Part shown: positions 12,155 through 29,290 of the stretch, in pieces
Position numbering within the stretch: the stretch's first letter is position 1
Layout: every line of letters begins with the position of its first letter
Source: Lama glama
Lineage: Eukaryota
Direction: 5' to 3'
Assembly (NCBI GenBank): GCA_028534125.1
Contig: CM052817.1
Span: 60,886,001 to 60,950,000, forward strand
DNA length: 64,000 nt
Made by a program: the position numbers and the translations under genes
Notes under the pieces: generated by a model
Told to the model about the DNA's origin: nothing
Database searches by the model: none
The model's input: the letters and a program-made list of their open reading frames with translations, nothing else

Positions 12155-15100
12155 ATTATATTGTGTGGTTTGAGGAAACATATTGATGAAAATTTTACTC
12201 AGAGTCTAACAAGTCTCTGAAACTAGGAGACAGCTCTTCTCCAAAGTTACATAGTAGAAGCTGTGTAGGGTAACAGGGGGAAATGTATTGGAAGACAGTC
12301 CTGAGTTCCAGTCCCAACTCAACTACTTACTCAGTGTTAGTCACTAAAAAAGTCATCTAATCTCTACAGCACTGCCTCCCAACAGATGTGTCTTAGATGA
12401 TGTACTAGAATATTGCTAAAATGTTGATTCCTTCAGCCCTTGAAACAACCAAGGCACAGCCTGCAGTGGCTGGAGCCCCCGGCCTCTCTCTTCTGGTTGC
12501 AAAGAACTTCTGATTACCCCAGTGTGATATACAAATTATTTTTGTGTGTTAAATGCGATGATTTGGGGGAATTATTGTTCTATGTGATTCAATTTCCTCA
12601 CCCATAGAATGAGTGGAGGGAGGTAGAGAAAATAGATGATGTCTTCATTCGTTTCTGTTCTAGTAGTTTGTGCTTCTGTGAAGATGAGGGGAAATTCCAC
12701 TTGCAAAAGAATCACAGGAGTTCCTACATACTTAGCCTGAAAAAGGAATTCTTGCCTTATTTTTTTTTAAATGCCTGATTACCCCCAAATTCTTTCCCAG
12801 CAGAACCAACTACAAAAGTCGGGGGTCTTCTTACCAATATCTTTTTTAAAAACTCAGCAGGAATTTACCTATAAGTAAGTAAATGAACAAAATTAGGAAG
12901 GACTCTTTAGACTGCCGTAGAATTCAAAGGTAAAATCAAAGTTACCTACATGTGATTAGAAATTTGCATCCATCTTTCAGCGACTCGGGGTTTTTTTATA
13001 AATAAATTAATTTGAAAATCAGTTTCTAGAGTAACAATTAAGGATGGTAAGCGATCAATAATGCAATTCTCACACACAAATGAGGCTGTTATCTTCAAAG
13101 TAAGTAAAAAGCTTTTTAAGATAAATGCCTCAAACCTGTTGAGTGTTTTTATTTGACTATGAAAGAAGGATCTTTTGCTTCCCTATTTCTTTCCCCTGAA
13201 ATTTGCTCCTTTATATCAATAAAGAATTTAATGCAGACAGGATTGATCTATTAGCCATTTTCAAATTGAAGCTAGGTTTTATAGACTTGTAAGATTTTTC
13301 TGTTCAATGAGATTACAAATGTTTTAATACTTTTGGATAAAAGAAGGAAATGCAGTGTTCTTGTCAGTGAATCATGAATCATTCACTGACTCATCTGGGA
13401 ATGTAATTCTCTATTATGAGGTATGTATCGGAACAGGTCCAGAGAAAGAATGGCTGTCACACATGCTGACAATAGTAATTCCAGCCTTTGAGTTTCGGTA
13501 GCCTACTAAGTGCCAAGCAATGCACAAGATGCTTTTGTTTATGGCCTCATTAATTCTCACCATAATAACTCAAAACCAAGTAGAGCTATCATCACTCGAG
13601 AGTCAACGGCAGTAGTTTTTCTGACTGCACTCCAGGAAGAGGCTTTACTAATCCAGTTGCTCATCACAGTCTTAATATGCAACTTTGTTTCTAATAGTAG
13701 TGTTTACAGCACCAAGTTTTTACTTTCACATTTCAAACCCACAGGTTAACTGTAACCAGAGTAGCACTTTGCTCTCTATGAGCAAAGACTGCCATCTTGT
13801 GGAAATTCTGCATATAACAAAAACGGTCATTCCGTGGAACTGAAATGTTTCTTTGCACTCATTAAGAACTTCGCAGCTGGATTCTTGCATTGCTACACAC
13901 ACACATAACAGTGTTGTTTATATTTAAAAGGCAAATCTTTCCTTTAGGTGTGATTTTAAGTCCATTTAAACTTGCAAGAGCTTTTGAATGTTTGAAAAAA
14001 GAATCCCATTCATTATATGAATTCATCCCATTAGTCTTTAAGGCAGTGCATTCGATTTTGCTAAACTTTCTTTCATCCTTAAATAGCTTTTGTGATATAA
14101 TAAAAAGGAGGGTTAGTAAGAACCTTTCTGATGGAATTTCCAAGAGCATTAAATTTTGTGGCAAAAATGTAGAGCGGAACTCCGGGATTAGAGAACACTT
14201 TCATTTCTTCCAACACTTCTATTCTGTGCTGGTCTGTATTCCTGGGATTCGTTGTAGGCTAGTCAGAGCTTGACTGAGGCAGCCTGTGGCCCAATAGCTC
14301 TGTGTATCCCCAAAGATGGGCTCTCTCTGCTTCGCCTCAGCCACCTGTGCTTCATGACCTCAACCATATAAAGCCGTGGTTGGATGTGACAATACCTGAA
14401 GACACACAGTGGAGTCTCGTTTCTCTTTCCCTCACAAACTTCTACCACCAGCTTCCTGAACCCACAAATGCTACAAGTAAACAAATTCTTTGGATTGGAG
14501 GCCCATTCATCCTATTAGAATCAAAATGGATGACACAGAGTACGTACACTTCAATGACTATTTTTAAAACCAAATTATTTTCCAGGTGTAGAAATAATGA
14601 CACATCATAAGTGATACCAGATACCACCAAGAAGAAAGAGTAAGAAATCATCATTTCCTGCATGAATATGCGAACGAATGAAAGAATAAATTAGCATGAA
14701 TGGAGGGTATTAAAAAGAAATGATTTCAGCACTGCCCAGGCCGCTCTGACCGAATGTACCATTGTGGTTTAACATAAAATTTGTGCCCAAGGAAATGCCT
14801 GACATGAAATCACTCTTTAAATATTTATTGAAGGGATAGATGAGTAGGAGGGAATGGAATCAATTAGAGCATCAATGATAAGAAAAACGTAGAATCTGAG
14901 GGTAGGATCCGTTTACCAAAAAATTGTGTTAAGCATATTCAATCAATAAATAGGTGCCTGCTCCGTATCAGGCAGGGAGGAAGATGGTTAGTTAGCATGT
15001 GTTCTAGAAAGGGCAGCCGGCATCCATCAAGCAGCCACAGATAACTACCAGTGATGAGCGCCATGAAGAAAGCTCTCCCCTTCCGCAGACTCTGTAGGGC

Positions 15101-15425
15101 GGCCGGTGCAGGAGGCAGGGAAACTCCAGCTCGTTTTGTACCCAGATTCTCATTAAGAAAATGTGGCTGTGGTGTCCTTTTATCTTTAGATGTACCTGTA
15201 AATTCAAATTTGAGAATTTTTTCTTTTAGAAATGACTATAATTCTTCCTTCAAGATACTCGGCGGTGCGCTGACTACCTAGGTCTTTGGGCAGGCAGGTA
15301 CAGTGTTTGCTGACGTCATCTGAATGGTATCCGTAGAGAAGCCACCCAGGCAGCTTTGGTGCTGTGATTACACATGTGTGGCAGGGCCGCAGATGCCCAC
15401 GAGGAGTTGCTCCTGTGGCTCAAGG

Positions 15426-15701
15426 CACTATTTCTCAAAATTTTAGCTCCACGGATTATTAATATATGTTATGGGGGAGAAAAATGAGAAAAGGGAATGA
15501 AAGTCAGATAAAGTGGGGAAATGCTGGATTAAACAAAATCATACAAGTTTTCTTTTCCACAGGTTTCTTCTTAAAGCTTTTAATAGTCTGACTTCGTAAA
15601 TTTCCAAGAGGGTGTTTCTCAAAGTTGATGACCACAGGACACTTTTCTTGCAGAAGCCCTCTGGGTGCTAGTGTCCCTTGGACACATTTTTGGATATTCT
15701 G
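15426..15701. mobile_element. MER103-like hAT-Charlie element
   Basis: gggaaatgctggattaaacaaa..gtgtttctcaaagttgatgaccacagg..cacattttggatattctg. A similar copy lies at about 47.9-48.2 kb. Confidence 0.5.
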
Positions 15702-16174
15702 GAAATGCAAATGACTTTATCTGGGATAGGGGCTGGAGTAAGGGTGAAATATAATCCATTAATATGCATAATCATCTTAGTAAATCCAGCAAATCAAATG
15801 TACTGCCCTTTGGGAGCAACACTCTGAAGCAACGGACCTTTTAAACCGATCAACTTCATAAGAAGAAAATCCAGGCTGTGAGGGGGGCTCCAGTGCGATG
15901 TTGGTCCTGGAGTGTCAGCAGGCGGTGCTATGGGTGAGGCTGTGGGAATGCCCAAAGGAGATGACGGGGACCAACTCTCCACCATGTAACTCTGACTGAA
16001 TGTTGATCCCTTCTCCCACGTTATCATTTAGCTCATTCTCATAGACACGTGGATGACATGAAACAGGTGAAAAAAAAAAAAAAGGTAACTACATCACCAA
16101 AAGTGAGTTATTTACTCCTTCCAGACAGGCTTGGTTCTTCTCTGTAAAGTTTTAAGCAGCCACTCCCCAAGGAA

Positions 16175-16690
16175 TCTAAGAGCTGGGGCAGGGGTACAAG
16201 TATGGGTCCACCTATGCTACATCTCACCACGTAAAAATTATAAATCAAGCTGAGTACTGTTAGGTAAAATACCTGCTAACCTCTTAACATGACAAATACA
16301 CTTTCGTGATCTCTAGGAAGCCAGGTCTGAGTTTCTAATTTGTGACCAGCTAGGAGTTCTGCGCGGACCCAGTGGCCCGGGGAGGCAGCCTTTGGTTCCC
16401 TCTTCCACCTCCGGCTCTGCTCTGGGCAGTGACAGGTCTCCCACACAGAGATCTGTGCACCTGAGCTTGCAGATCGAGTTCTGTCCACACTCCTCAAACA
16501 CCCGTCTGTAGACCTGTGTGCACCCGTGGTTGTGGGATCTGCTCTCGGGAGTCATACACGGGAATCGGCCTTCACGAGTCCTGGGTGGGCGCTCGGGCTG
16601 TTTGGGCAGGAAATCCTAGGGAGCCTTGAGGATGGTACACACTTGGCCAGCTCACGACCTGTGAGGAGGGGTACAGGTGGAGAAGGGCTG
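16175..16690 (+). mobile_element. Possible hAT-Tip100 (FordPrefect-like) DNA transposon fragment
   Basis: aaaattataaatcaagct..atgacaaatacac..ggaagccagg followed by a GC-rich body. The family assignment is from memory only. Confidence 0.4.
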
Positions 16691-17464
16691 GAGCTGGTCT
16701 TAGGTAGAGCCCAGAGAGTGTTTGGAATTGAGAATAAAACTTCTATGAAAATCACACTTTATAAAAGCTGCAGTCTTTGCAGCTACCCCAGACTCTCTCC
16801 AGGGGGAGAGAAGAAGAAAGAGGGTATTTCTTATTTGAACTGAACTACTTCTGAAAGCCTCTGGTCAACTTTTCCTCTTGTTCTCCAAGGTAAGATTATT
16901 TCCCCTTTGGCATTAAAAGGAAACTCGAGCAGTTGTGTGAAAAACCCAAAATAGTGTATTTTATCAACTTCAAACTTGTCCCAAGGCTTTCTCCCTCACT
17001 GTGTTAAATAATAGAAGTCTTTTTAATTGAATTTTTGTGTGTGTAGCATATGCTGGGCGACATTATGCCAGCATCTTGCTCTAAGCAGCAAAACGTTCTT
17101 CATAAAAGCATTAAGAGCCAGAGCGTCGCTCTGCATGTAGGGAAGAATGCAGAACCGCAGCAGCTTGAAACCACATGAAAACAGCACCTCTGAAATGTAA
17201 TTGTAAAAACACGTTGCGACAAACCAGGGCAGGGGGGTTAAATATTTAGGATTATGAAATGAACCCCCCAAAAAAGGAAAAGAAGAGAGGGAGGGAAAGA
17301 GGGAAGGGAGGAGAGGGGAATGGAAGAAAGGAGAGGGGAGAGCACTGTGGCACACGTCTGTCTATAGAATCAAAGCAGTAATAATGTTTCCATCTGCAGG
17401 CTAATATGTGTATTCATTTCCCTGGACAGCCACCATCCTTCAGAAGTGGGAGTATTAATGATGA

Positions 17465-20826
<3,362 letters not shown>

Positions 20827-22900
20827 GCCGCAAAAAAAATCTCTTCACTGTTTCTTTGGTAGGACTCCCTTTGCAAGGAGCGACTGTAATATTGTGGGAC
20901 TAACATGGATGTAACTTTTTTTTTTTTAATCAGGATTCTTAGTAACAATTCTAGTTCTCTCTCTACCTTCTCCCTCCTCCCTCTCCTCGATTTCTTTCTC
21001 TCTCTTTTTCCCTCTCTTCCAGTACATTTCCCTCCACTTCTTTTCATTAGTCAACTTGTTCCCCCAGCAGGTAGTACACTAGGATCTTATTAGTCCGCAC
21101 TTCATATGCTGTACTTCAAGTATAGGAAACGTGCACTGAGTATACTCAGAGTATATGCAGGATGAATTTTGCATAAAGGCCTCTTCTGTAACATTTCTGT
21201 TTTTAAAAATATAATTGCAATAACGTCAGTCTTTCATCATCCTTCAGCTGCACCCCAACAACGCTCCACTGCTGTTGAGTGTCCTTTAACTGTGGACCAA
21301 AGGCAACCCCTGCAGTGTTTATAGAATAATTTCCAGATCATCCAGGCCACATATTATGAGAATGCAATTTTGTAGGATTACAAAAAAGCCATCAATATGC
21401 CAGTCAAGACTACAGTTAAAACTACTCTTGCACTGCAACAGTGCATATGACCTTTATGTGATTGTACAGTATTAAAAGTTTTTTCTTATGTACAGTAAAC
21501 TTATCATACGGCAGCAGCCTCTATTGTGTTAAATAAATTAGTATCTCATCTATATATACATATATATGCACCTATATAATGTGTATATATATATATTAAA
21601 AGGCGGCCATTGCTATTGCAATTCATTTAATAAAGCTTTAGTTTGAAAAAAGAAGTATTGTATACAGGAATTATGTATAGTGCAGGGGGTCTTTTCAGTT
21701 AGAAAAGGCAGGTTGCTTTAATGTTATTCTGACTCGCATCGTTTGCCAACAGAAAATATTTTATACTTTTGTTATTAAAACATCCAGGGCGATTTAATAT
21801 GTGTTCCTAGATGTGACTCATTTGAATAGGTTCTGCATTTGTTAGTCAGCCGTGTATAAAGCTAACCTTGATCATTTTACTTTTAATTAATTATCTGAAT
21901 GGAAAAATGCTATTAGCTGAACCACGTCCACCACAGCACATAGAGCTCTATACGAGTTTAAGCGTAGATCATTGAAGGTGAAGAAATTCTCTTCCAAAGC
22001 AGTAAGCCAATCAATACAACTGTAGCTGGGGAGAGATGGGAGCCCTTAAGAAATATTGATGTGGCCTTAATTACTGTCCTACATTATCCTAAAGAAGAAA
22101 ATAGAATAACCATGCTGGGCTCTCAACTTAACCCCTTTTTTTATTCAGTTCTATTTGGAGGAGTAACGTATTTTTTACATTAGTGCCAAGTGTATAAAAG
22201 AATGACAGCAAAAAACAGTGCCTCTTTGTGCACAACCCTTTTGAAGTAGCATTCTTACCTGTTAGAAACGTAGGCTGAACTTTGTTTGTAATCCTTAAAT
22301 TAAAGTGTGGTTAAGTAGGAAGCAAGAACTTATCCTGTGTTTTTATGTAGCCATACCCTTATTTTAATCTAATTCATTCCGTGGCTAGGATTGATATAGG
22401 AATCAACCTATGTGATTTGCTTTAGGAGAAATTAAAAGGTATATTCTTAAGGTATATTATATTTTGATGCTAATTCTGTTCTGGGGAGCATCTTGTACTG
22501 TCACTGTTTTTGTACTAAATCTTCAAATATTGTCTACTGTGTAAGGCAGAAAAATTTCTTATCATGCAAAAAGCATTTTGTTTCCAGGGCAACAAGTAAC
22601 TAAGTGCATGCACAACTTGTTTTCCCTTGTAACATTCATGATCTCATTCACGACTCTGATTTTAAAACAAAAAAAAATCTTTACAACGAGCTATATAGGG
22701 ACATACCAGATGTTGCAGTGATTTTAGCTATCAACAAACTGTTAACCATGTACAATATTTAAAATAGGCCTATTTTGATGTTATCGCCTATTATACAAAT
22801 ACACAAAACACTTTTTGGAGGCCTCAGTTATGAGTGGCAGAGCTTTCTGTGTATAATTTGTCTAAATAATTTGTCTAATAAAAATGTTTTCTAAACTTGC
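20827..22900 (+). other. GRID2: GRID2 3' UTR (end approximate)
   Basis: AT-rich and poor in interspersed repeats after the stop codon. AATAAA hexamers occur at 21532, 21629 and 22877. The end is inferred from the distal signal. Confidence 0.65.
22850..22882 (+). terminator. Candidate distal polyadenylation signal of GRID2
   Basis: AATAAA at 22877-22882 with an upstream TGTA (CFIm-type) at 22850-22853 and T-rich sequence downstream. Confidence 0.6.
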
Positions 22901-25900
22901 TCTCATACCATTGAAGTCTTAACTATACGATTTGAAAATGCTTCCTCTCTCACAGATAGAATTGAATTTTTCTAAAAATTATCTCAAATTAATTAAAGCA
23001 TAAAACACGTTAAGTTTTGTGAGCAGAAGGCTGCCAAAAATGAGTGACTCCTTAAAATCAGTAGTAAATGATGTTCTGAACCGATGAAAGAGTGCCTTTC
23101 TGCTCTTTGGGCTATCTGAACCAACGGTATGTTTGTTTTCCTTTGTGGATGTCTCATGAGCACTTTTTTTGGGAAGATTTATCCTGTGTTGTGTAAACAA
23201 TGCAACCATTATAACAACAGCAGGATGAGGGGCTGTTACATTTAAAAAAAAAGAAAGAAAGAAAATTAAAGGTAATTATTAAACTGAGAATTTATGTATT
23301 AATAATTGCTTTGCTATTAGGGAAATATTCATCATGCTGAATCTACTAATTGGGAAATTGACTCCGAGATTATTTCTAATAGTGTTATTTTCTGCACTTG
23401 AACAACAATATTTAATTCTTCTATCATTTAATTCATTCAATGGACATATATCTAAAATATATTCAGTTTAGATTAAAATCTCTGCTTTTCTAAAATTCCA
23501 TTAAATGATTTTTTAAATGTTGAAACTGAGAGGAGCTGTAGAGACAGAGACTTAGCTCCCTCATCTTACAAATTATAGAACATAAGATGCTAAAAAGCTG
23601 TGACTTGCCCAAATGTTTGACCATCTGAGACTTAGAACTGGGCCTTTTTTTTTAACGCTACCAAGCTTCAGTCACATTCACACAGGCCCTTGTGGGTTGT
23701 GAATTCTTTGTAGGGATGGCTCAGGGACAATGCCTCCACCCGCTCCTCTCACCAGGCTTAGGCTGTGAATCTCTAGAACCTTCCTTCCTTCCTTGCCAGG
23801 GATCACTTAGAGCATCGATTCAACTGCTCGTTTTACAGCTGGGAAATGCACAGCTCAGGCTCCATCAGGTCACAGCTAGTGGCAGAACTCAGGCCGATCC
23901 TGCTTCTGCCTGGTGCTACTTCCTCCGGCCCTTTGTTTGCCCTGCTTCTCAGCAACCTTGCTATTTCAAAACAAGACAGACACCTTTTAAACACATCCTT
24001 TCATTCCCCTCAGAAGTCGAATTTATTCCACTGCTGAATCCTTAAGAAAACTGGTTGTCACCGTCAGCAACGTCAGAACTTACGCACAGGTGTTGGTTTA
24101 ATCATCCGCTAGGAAACTGTAAGACCGCCTTTCTTCCTCACACACATCAAGCTACAGGCAACTTGTCATTTTCTTAATTATGTTATTTTTCATCTCTTTT
24201 AGTTTGGGATTGGTTGTCAACTGAATAAATACTTTAAAAAATAGACTTTGCTGAATGGTACTTTGCTTCAATTAAAAGGGAAAACAAAGATGAGAAGACC
24301 CAATTGTCCTGCACAGCACCTTCTAAGCTGCACAACTGCATAACAAATCACAAGGCTCTGTAGTGAGAATTTTGGAGCGGTGGAACACATTCTGGATCAC
24401 GAATAAAGTAAATAAAGCAGTGCTAATAACTTTTGTGCCGGTAAACACAGGTTTATCCTTAAACATGCATCTTATGATAACGGATAAAACACAAGGGGCT
24501 CACTAAACGTTGGCTTCCTTCTAGGGTGTTTTTATTTCTAAAAACCAAACCTTTCTCCAACCCTTGTGATCAGATATTGATGCATGACTGGCAATTATGA
24601 CATTTTATAAAATAACTTCAACAAATTTAGTAGACACCCTCTCATGAGGTAGCATATATGAGCTCCCTCGGGTGGAAATGACTTACCTGACATTGAAAAA
24701 TCAGGAGATGAAGCTTCTTAGACTTGAGAGATTTAGTTCAATTCTATTTGCGTCTACTGAAGATCTATTATGTGAAGCCACGGTGCTGAACACACATCAC
24801 TTGTATGTTCAGGGATGGGACTGGGTGTGTTCCACCACCCAGGTCTGTGCTTCCTCTTATCAACACGCAGGATGCAAAGGCCACCTTACAGAGGTCCTGA
24901 GGTGGCAGAATTAGTCACCCCAAACCAGTACCGTCCTCTTTGGTCCTGGATGATGCATCTGACTGGAGCAGTCCATCCCGGTAGTTCCCATGAGCTAACT
25001 GGAGTCTGCCTTCTTGGATTCAGAGTCTCTCCACTAAGACTTGGAAGTTTCCCAAGATGCCAGACCATGAGGCCAGATTTTCAAAAACATGAAAATTACC
25101 ATACACCACAGGCAAACTGCTATGTAACCCTCCTTCCTTGTCAATACCTGCACAGGACTCAGAGACAGACCCCCTAACCCCGGTGCCCACAGCAGAATGA
25201 CACAGACCACGTTAACTCACTGTCTGTCCCTGCAGATCTAACCAGTTGTGATCGTTTGAGTGCTAGTGTTTCAAATAATTTACTTCAAAGGGACCAAACA
25301 CAATAAATCTTCTTTTCTATTTTCATAAGCTTTTATTTGTACTGCAACTCAGGCTCCTGGTTACCTGTCATCTAAGACACCGGACACAGTGTGACCTATG
25401 ATTCTGATGAAAGTAAAGGGTTCTACAGGCTGCCCACCGTGGGGACAGCTTCTGCCCACACACCTTTCCCGCAGAGTAGCAGCGTCACGGTCCTGCCCCG
25501 CTGTGCGCTGCTGCACGGGGGCATGGGGTCACTCCACCACGCGGTGATCCAGCCCGCCACGGGGCCAGAAGCAGACTGAATGAGCGGTCTCTCATTTTCT
25601 CACCTGCCTTCTCCTAACTTCTAATTTTTTTCCCAACAGTTTTCATTTCTTTCCACGTAATATTAGTAACAAAACAAAAATTGTTCAAATTTGGGAAATT
25701 TTTTTCATATCTAAAAGCTCTACCCGGACTTGACATTACATACAATTTAGGATAAGTGTCATCTTTTGACTGATTTTGCACATTTCTAGAATTTCTTCCC
25801 AGTGAGAAAAGAAACTGGCTGTTTTGTCTGCACAGGTCACCTCCCTTGTGCTGTAGACGGAGCTCTCCAGCCTTTGTGAGGAATGAGGGCCTGGATTCCC

Positions 25901-27162
25901 TTTGAAGAAACCCTACAGGTTCGCATCTCAGAACTGGCAGCATATTTCCAAAGTCTCAAACTATCTATGACATGATAGAAAATCCACAAAATTTTTAAGG
26001 CAATATTAATTATCATTAATTAAAAACTAATTAAGCTTTCATAGCAGCTGTCTTAGAAGAAGAAACGTATGTCACAACATCAAAGAACAGTACAGTGTCA
26101 GAACCAAAGAAGGGGTAAAAAATTACTGCTTTTAACAAATATTTTGCCTGCCACAGATTTGAAATAGAAGTGGAAGGCAAACAGTAATTTTTAAAGTTGT
26201 TATATTTTCTTTTTTAATTGGTGCTACTAAAAAATTTTAGAAATCAAGTAGCCTTTGTCTGTGGCTGTATTTAATTTAAAAACTTAAGCATCAGTATTGG
26301 ACAGCAATAAACAAATTGCAGTTTGCTTATCCACTATAGGAAAGGCTCACATTAGGGAGCCTTTAAGAATTAGTTATTCTAATGTATACTAAAGTAAGAT
26401 TCAATTAGCAAAGACTTAAGTTCTATGAAACTTCAGAATCAGCCGCTTCATGGAGCAGGGTGTGCCTACACCTACTTCACACCAGGTAAATAAGGAGCTG
26501 ACAGCTGAGAGCTTCCTCTTCAAAACTGCATTAAAGTTAACTTTCAAGTTAAAGCTAGCCCTTCATTAATATCTGTTTATAAAAGTTGGCTATAAGGTTT
26601 GTTTTTAGAAATCAAAGCACAGTAAAATTAAGTTGAAAATAGAGGTGTCACATGCCCAGCTGTCTAATTGGACTTTTTCACCCTAGAAATAGTTATTGAA
26701 TAGCTAATATGCTCAAGTACTTGGGTAACCAATGTTAAAAAATACTTGAAACATTAGCTGTTAGATGGATTATAGCTACATCATGTGTCTGATTGGCATA
26801 ATTGACATTAGATATCAAGTGCAGAACTTTCATTCACACATAATGTTTTTTAATGAGTATATTACTTCTTTCCAAATGAACAGATTAAGAATAAAAATTA
26901 AAAATAAGCAGTCCAGGAGGACAGACATGGAAATGGGGCTTCCAGATTCAATTCTGCACAATTAAGCATTTTAAAATTTACTGCTCAGAATTCTCCACGG
27001 AGATGTCGTGGTAAAAATGACTGTTCACAGCCCTTACAGCCACTCATCCCAGCAGGAGCAAGAGCAGCAAGAAGGAGGCAGCTGAGCCACACGGATAATC
27101 CAGATAAATGGAAGGTGGCCCCACTGAGATTAGCACGGGAGAGTTAGAAAGATTATAACCAA

Positions 27163-27286
27163 GGGGGAAGGGCAGAGCTTGTGCTTAGCATGCACGAGGT
27201 CCTGGGTTCAATCCCCAGTGCTTCCATATAAATAAAATAAAGAAACCTAATTACCTCCCCCTCTTCAAATAAAAAAACCTTTTTTT
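27163..27286 (+). mobile_element. Camelid-type tRNA-Ala-derived SINE with the A-box region deleted
   Basis: gtgcttagcatgcacgaggtcctgggttcaatccccag followed by an A-rich tail. TSD AAAGATTATAAC at 27148-27159 and 27287-27298. Confidence 0.88.
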
Positions 27287-28285
27287 AAAGATTATAACAA
27301 TACACGATGCCTTCCCTGCTCCCTCACTCACCCCCTACCAAAATAATGATTGTTCAGAAACTAAGCAATGTGTATGCACAACCACCTCTCACATGTGTAG
27401 CTTCCAAAGTTTCCAAAGTTGGTTGTCGGTTAACATGGTAAGTCCTAGAACACAGCTCAATCACCAACAACTAATATATTTTAATTCTTCCTTGTTTATC
27501 ATAATTAAATGAAACTTTAAATTCTTACTCCATAGTAGTGATTTTGTATCTCTTTTTTAAAAAAAACTAGTATTATGATGTACATAGTACTAATGTATAG
27601 CAGGGAGGCTGCAGAGAGATTATCAGGAACAAGACAATCACAGAAGATCGATCAGCCTATTGACTAACACTATCTGAGCACCTACTATGAGCAAGGCACC
27701 TAGGGCAGAGCTTTCCCACCTCACGTGCCAAGACACAGCCCTGGGCCAGCAGGGCTTCTGGGTGCTGAGGTGCTGGTGCCCTCCTCTCTCGGGGTGGTGG
27801 GGCGGCCCCTGGGCTGGAGCTCTGCCCATGAGCAGTTCGCTTCATTTACACCTGGACTTTGCTAAGAGAGCTTCCAAAGCTGGGGAAGTGAAATATAAGC
27901 TTTTGAAAAATTGAATAAGAACTCGTGGCTTAAACAGCAGAAGACAAGATTATAAATTATACTGTAATGCAGAATATATTTAATTGTCAAATTAGTGTTA
28001 CTGAGAAAATTTTCTATGAGGGGAGAGAAGAATGAGGTTATGTGACTTGGGATGAACATAGAATAAGTTGCAATTTTGCTTTATGACAGAGAATATGGAA
28101 AAGTCAGAGAGCCTCCAAGGGTCTCCAAGTGGGGGCTGTGGAGCAACCAAAGCACAAGAGTGAGCAAGAACATTCAGAGGAGCGGTGCCCACGATGTCTG
28201 GAACGTGGGTTTCCTGACAGGATGTAAAGCTCGAGTGAGACTGGGGAGAGCCTGTAGGCTGGGCTCAAGAGATTACACTGTGTCC

Positions 28286-29290
28286 CATTCATTCATTCAT
28301 TCATTCATGTACTCAGCTTATGTTCACTGGAGTCCTACTATGTGCAAGACATTATTCTAGGTGCTGGGGATACTGTAGTAAGCAAGGCAGAAACCGCTGC
28401 CCTCATGGCGTTTACAGTCAACTGAAGGAGAGAGACAATTAGCAGGATGAATCAGGGACGTATGTCGTCTAGGAGATGAAACGTGCTGTTGAGAAAAACA
28501 GAGGAGCAGCAGGAAGGCCAGAGTGAAAGTGGGGATTTGCTATTTTAAATAAGGTGGCCAGGGGAGGCCTCACTGATAAGCTGACGTTTCACTGAAGCCT
28601 TAAAGGGTGTGAAGGAGTTAGCCATGTTGCTGCCAGGAGAGAGAACATTCCAGACTTTGGAAATAGCTAGTTTCTGAGGTTCTGAGGTCAGAGAAAGGCA
28701 GAAGATCAGTGTAGCCCGACCAGAATGATTGGCTTGTGTGGGAGGCAGGAAACCATTGGTGTGTCTTGAGCAAAATGCAGTGCTTGCTACTAACCCAACA
28801 GGTTGATTACAAAGCCAAGTCTCCTGTGACAGCATTTTGAGTGTTATAGGGAGTGGTATGAGAGGCCAGTTGCTGGCCACGGCTACATTTGCATTTCAGC
28901 CCTTGAACCGTCAGAAGGAGACTGGGCTGCTGTTCACAGAGGCTCGTCATCGTGGCGTGTGAGAGACTTCCATTGTGGGCACTGGGGAGCCACTGAAGAC
29001 TTTAACCAAAGGGAAAACATGCTCTTAGAGAGATGTCTTAGAAAATTAAGCTGGTAGTAATTCATGGAATGGAACAGAAGAGAGGTCAATTAAAGACTTG
29101 TGCAATAGCTCAGGTATAAGATGAGCTCTGTGGGAACCCAGACAAGAAAAGAAGGGAGAGATGGTGGATACATTTTGAAGGAAGAATCAAGAGAACTTGA
29201 AGATTAACTGAATATAGCATGAGAAAGAGGAAATTAAATCAAACAGGACTGATTTTTCAAGTTTCGATGCTAGAAAAGTGGAAATAATTG
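28286..29290 (-). mobile_element. L2 LINE fragments
   Basis: (CATT)n tail, then cctactatgtgcaagacattattctaggtgctggggatac..tgccctcatgg..ggtggccaggggaggcctcactga..gagaacattccag. Confidence 0.75.

Noticed and set aside
13363..13390. Perfect 10-bp hairpin GTCAGTGAAT-(8 nt)-ATTCACTGAC
   Set aside because: Too short for a pre-miRNA or MITE, and one such stem in 64 kb is plausible by chance.
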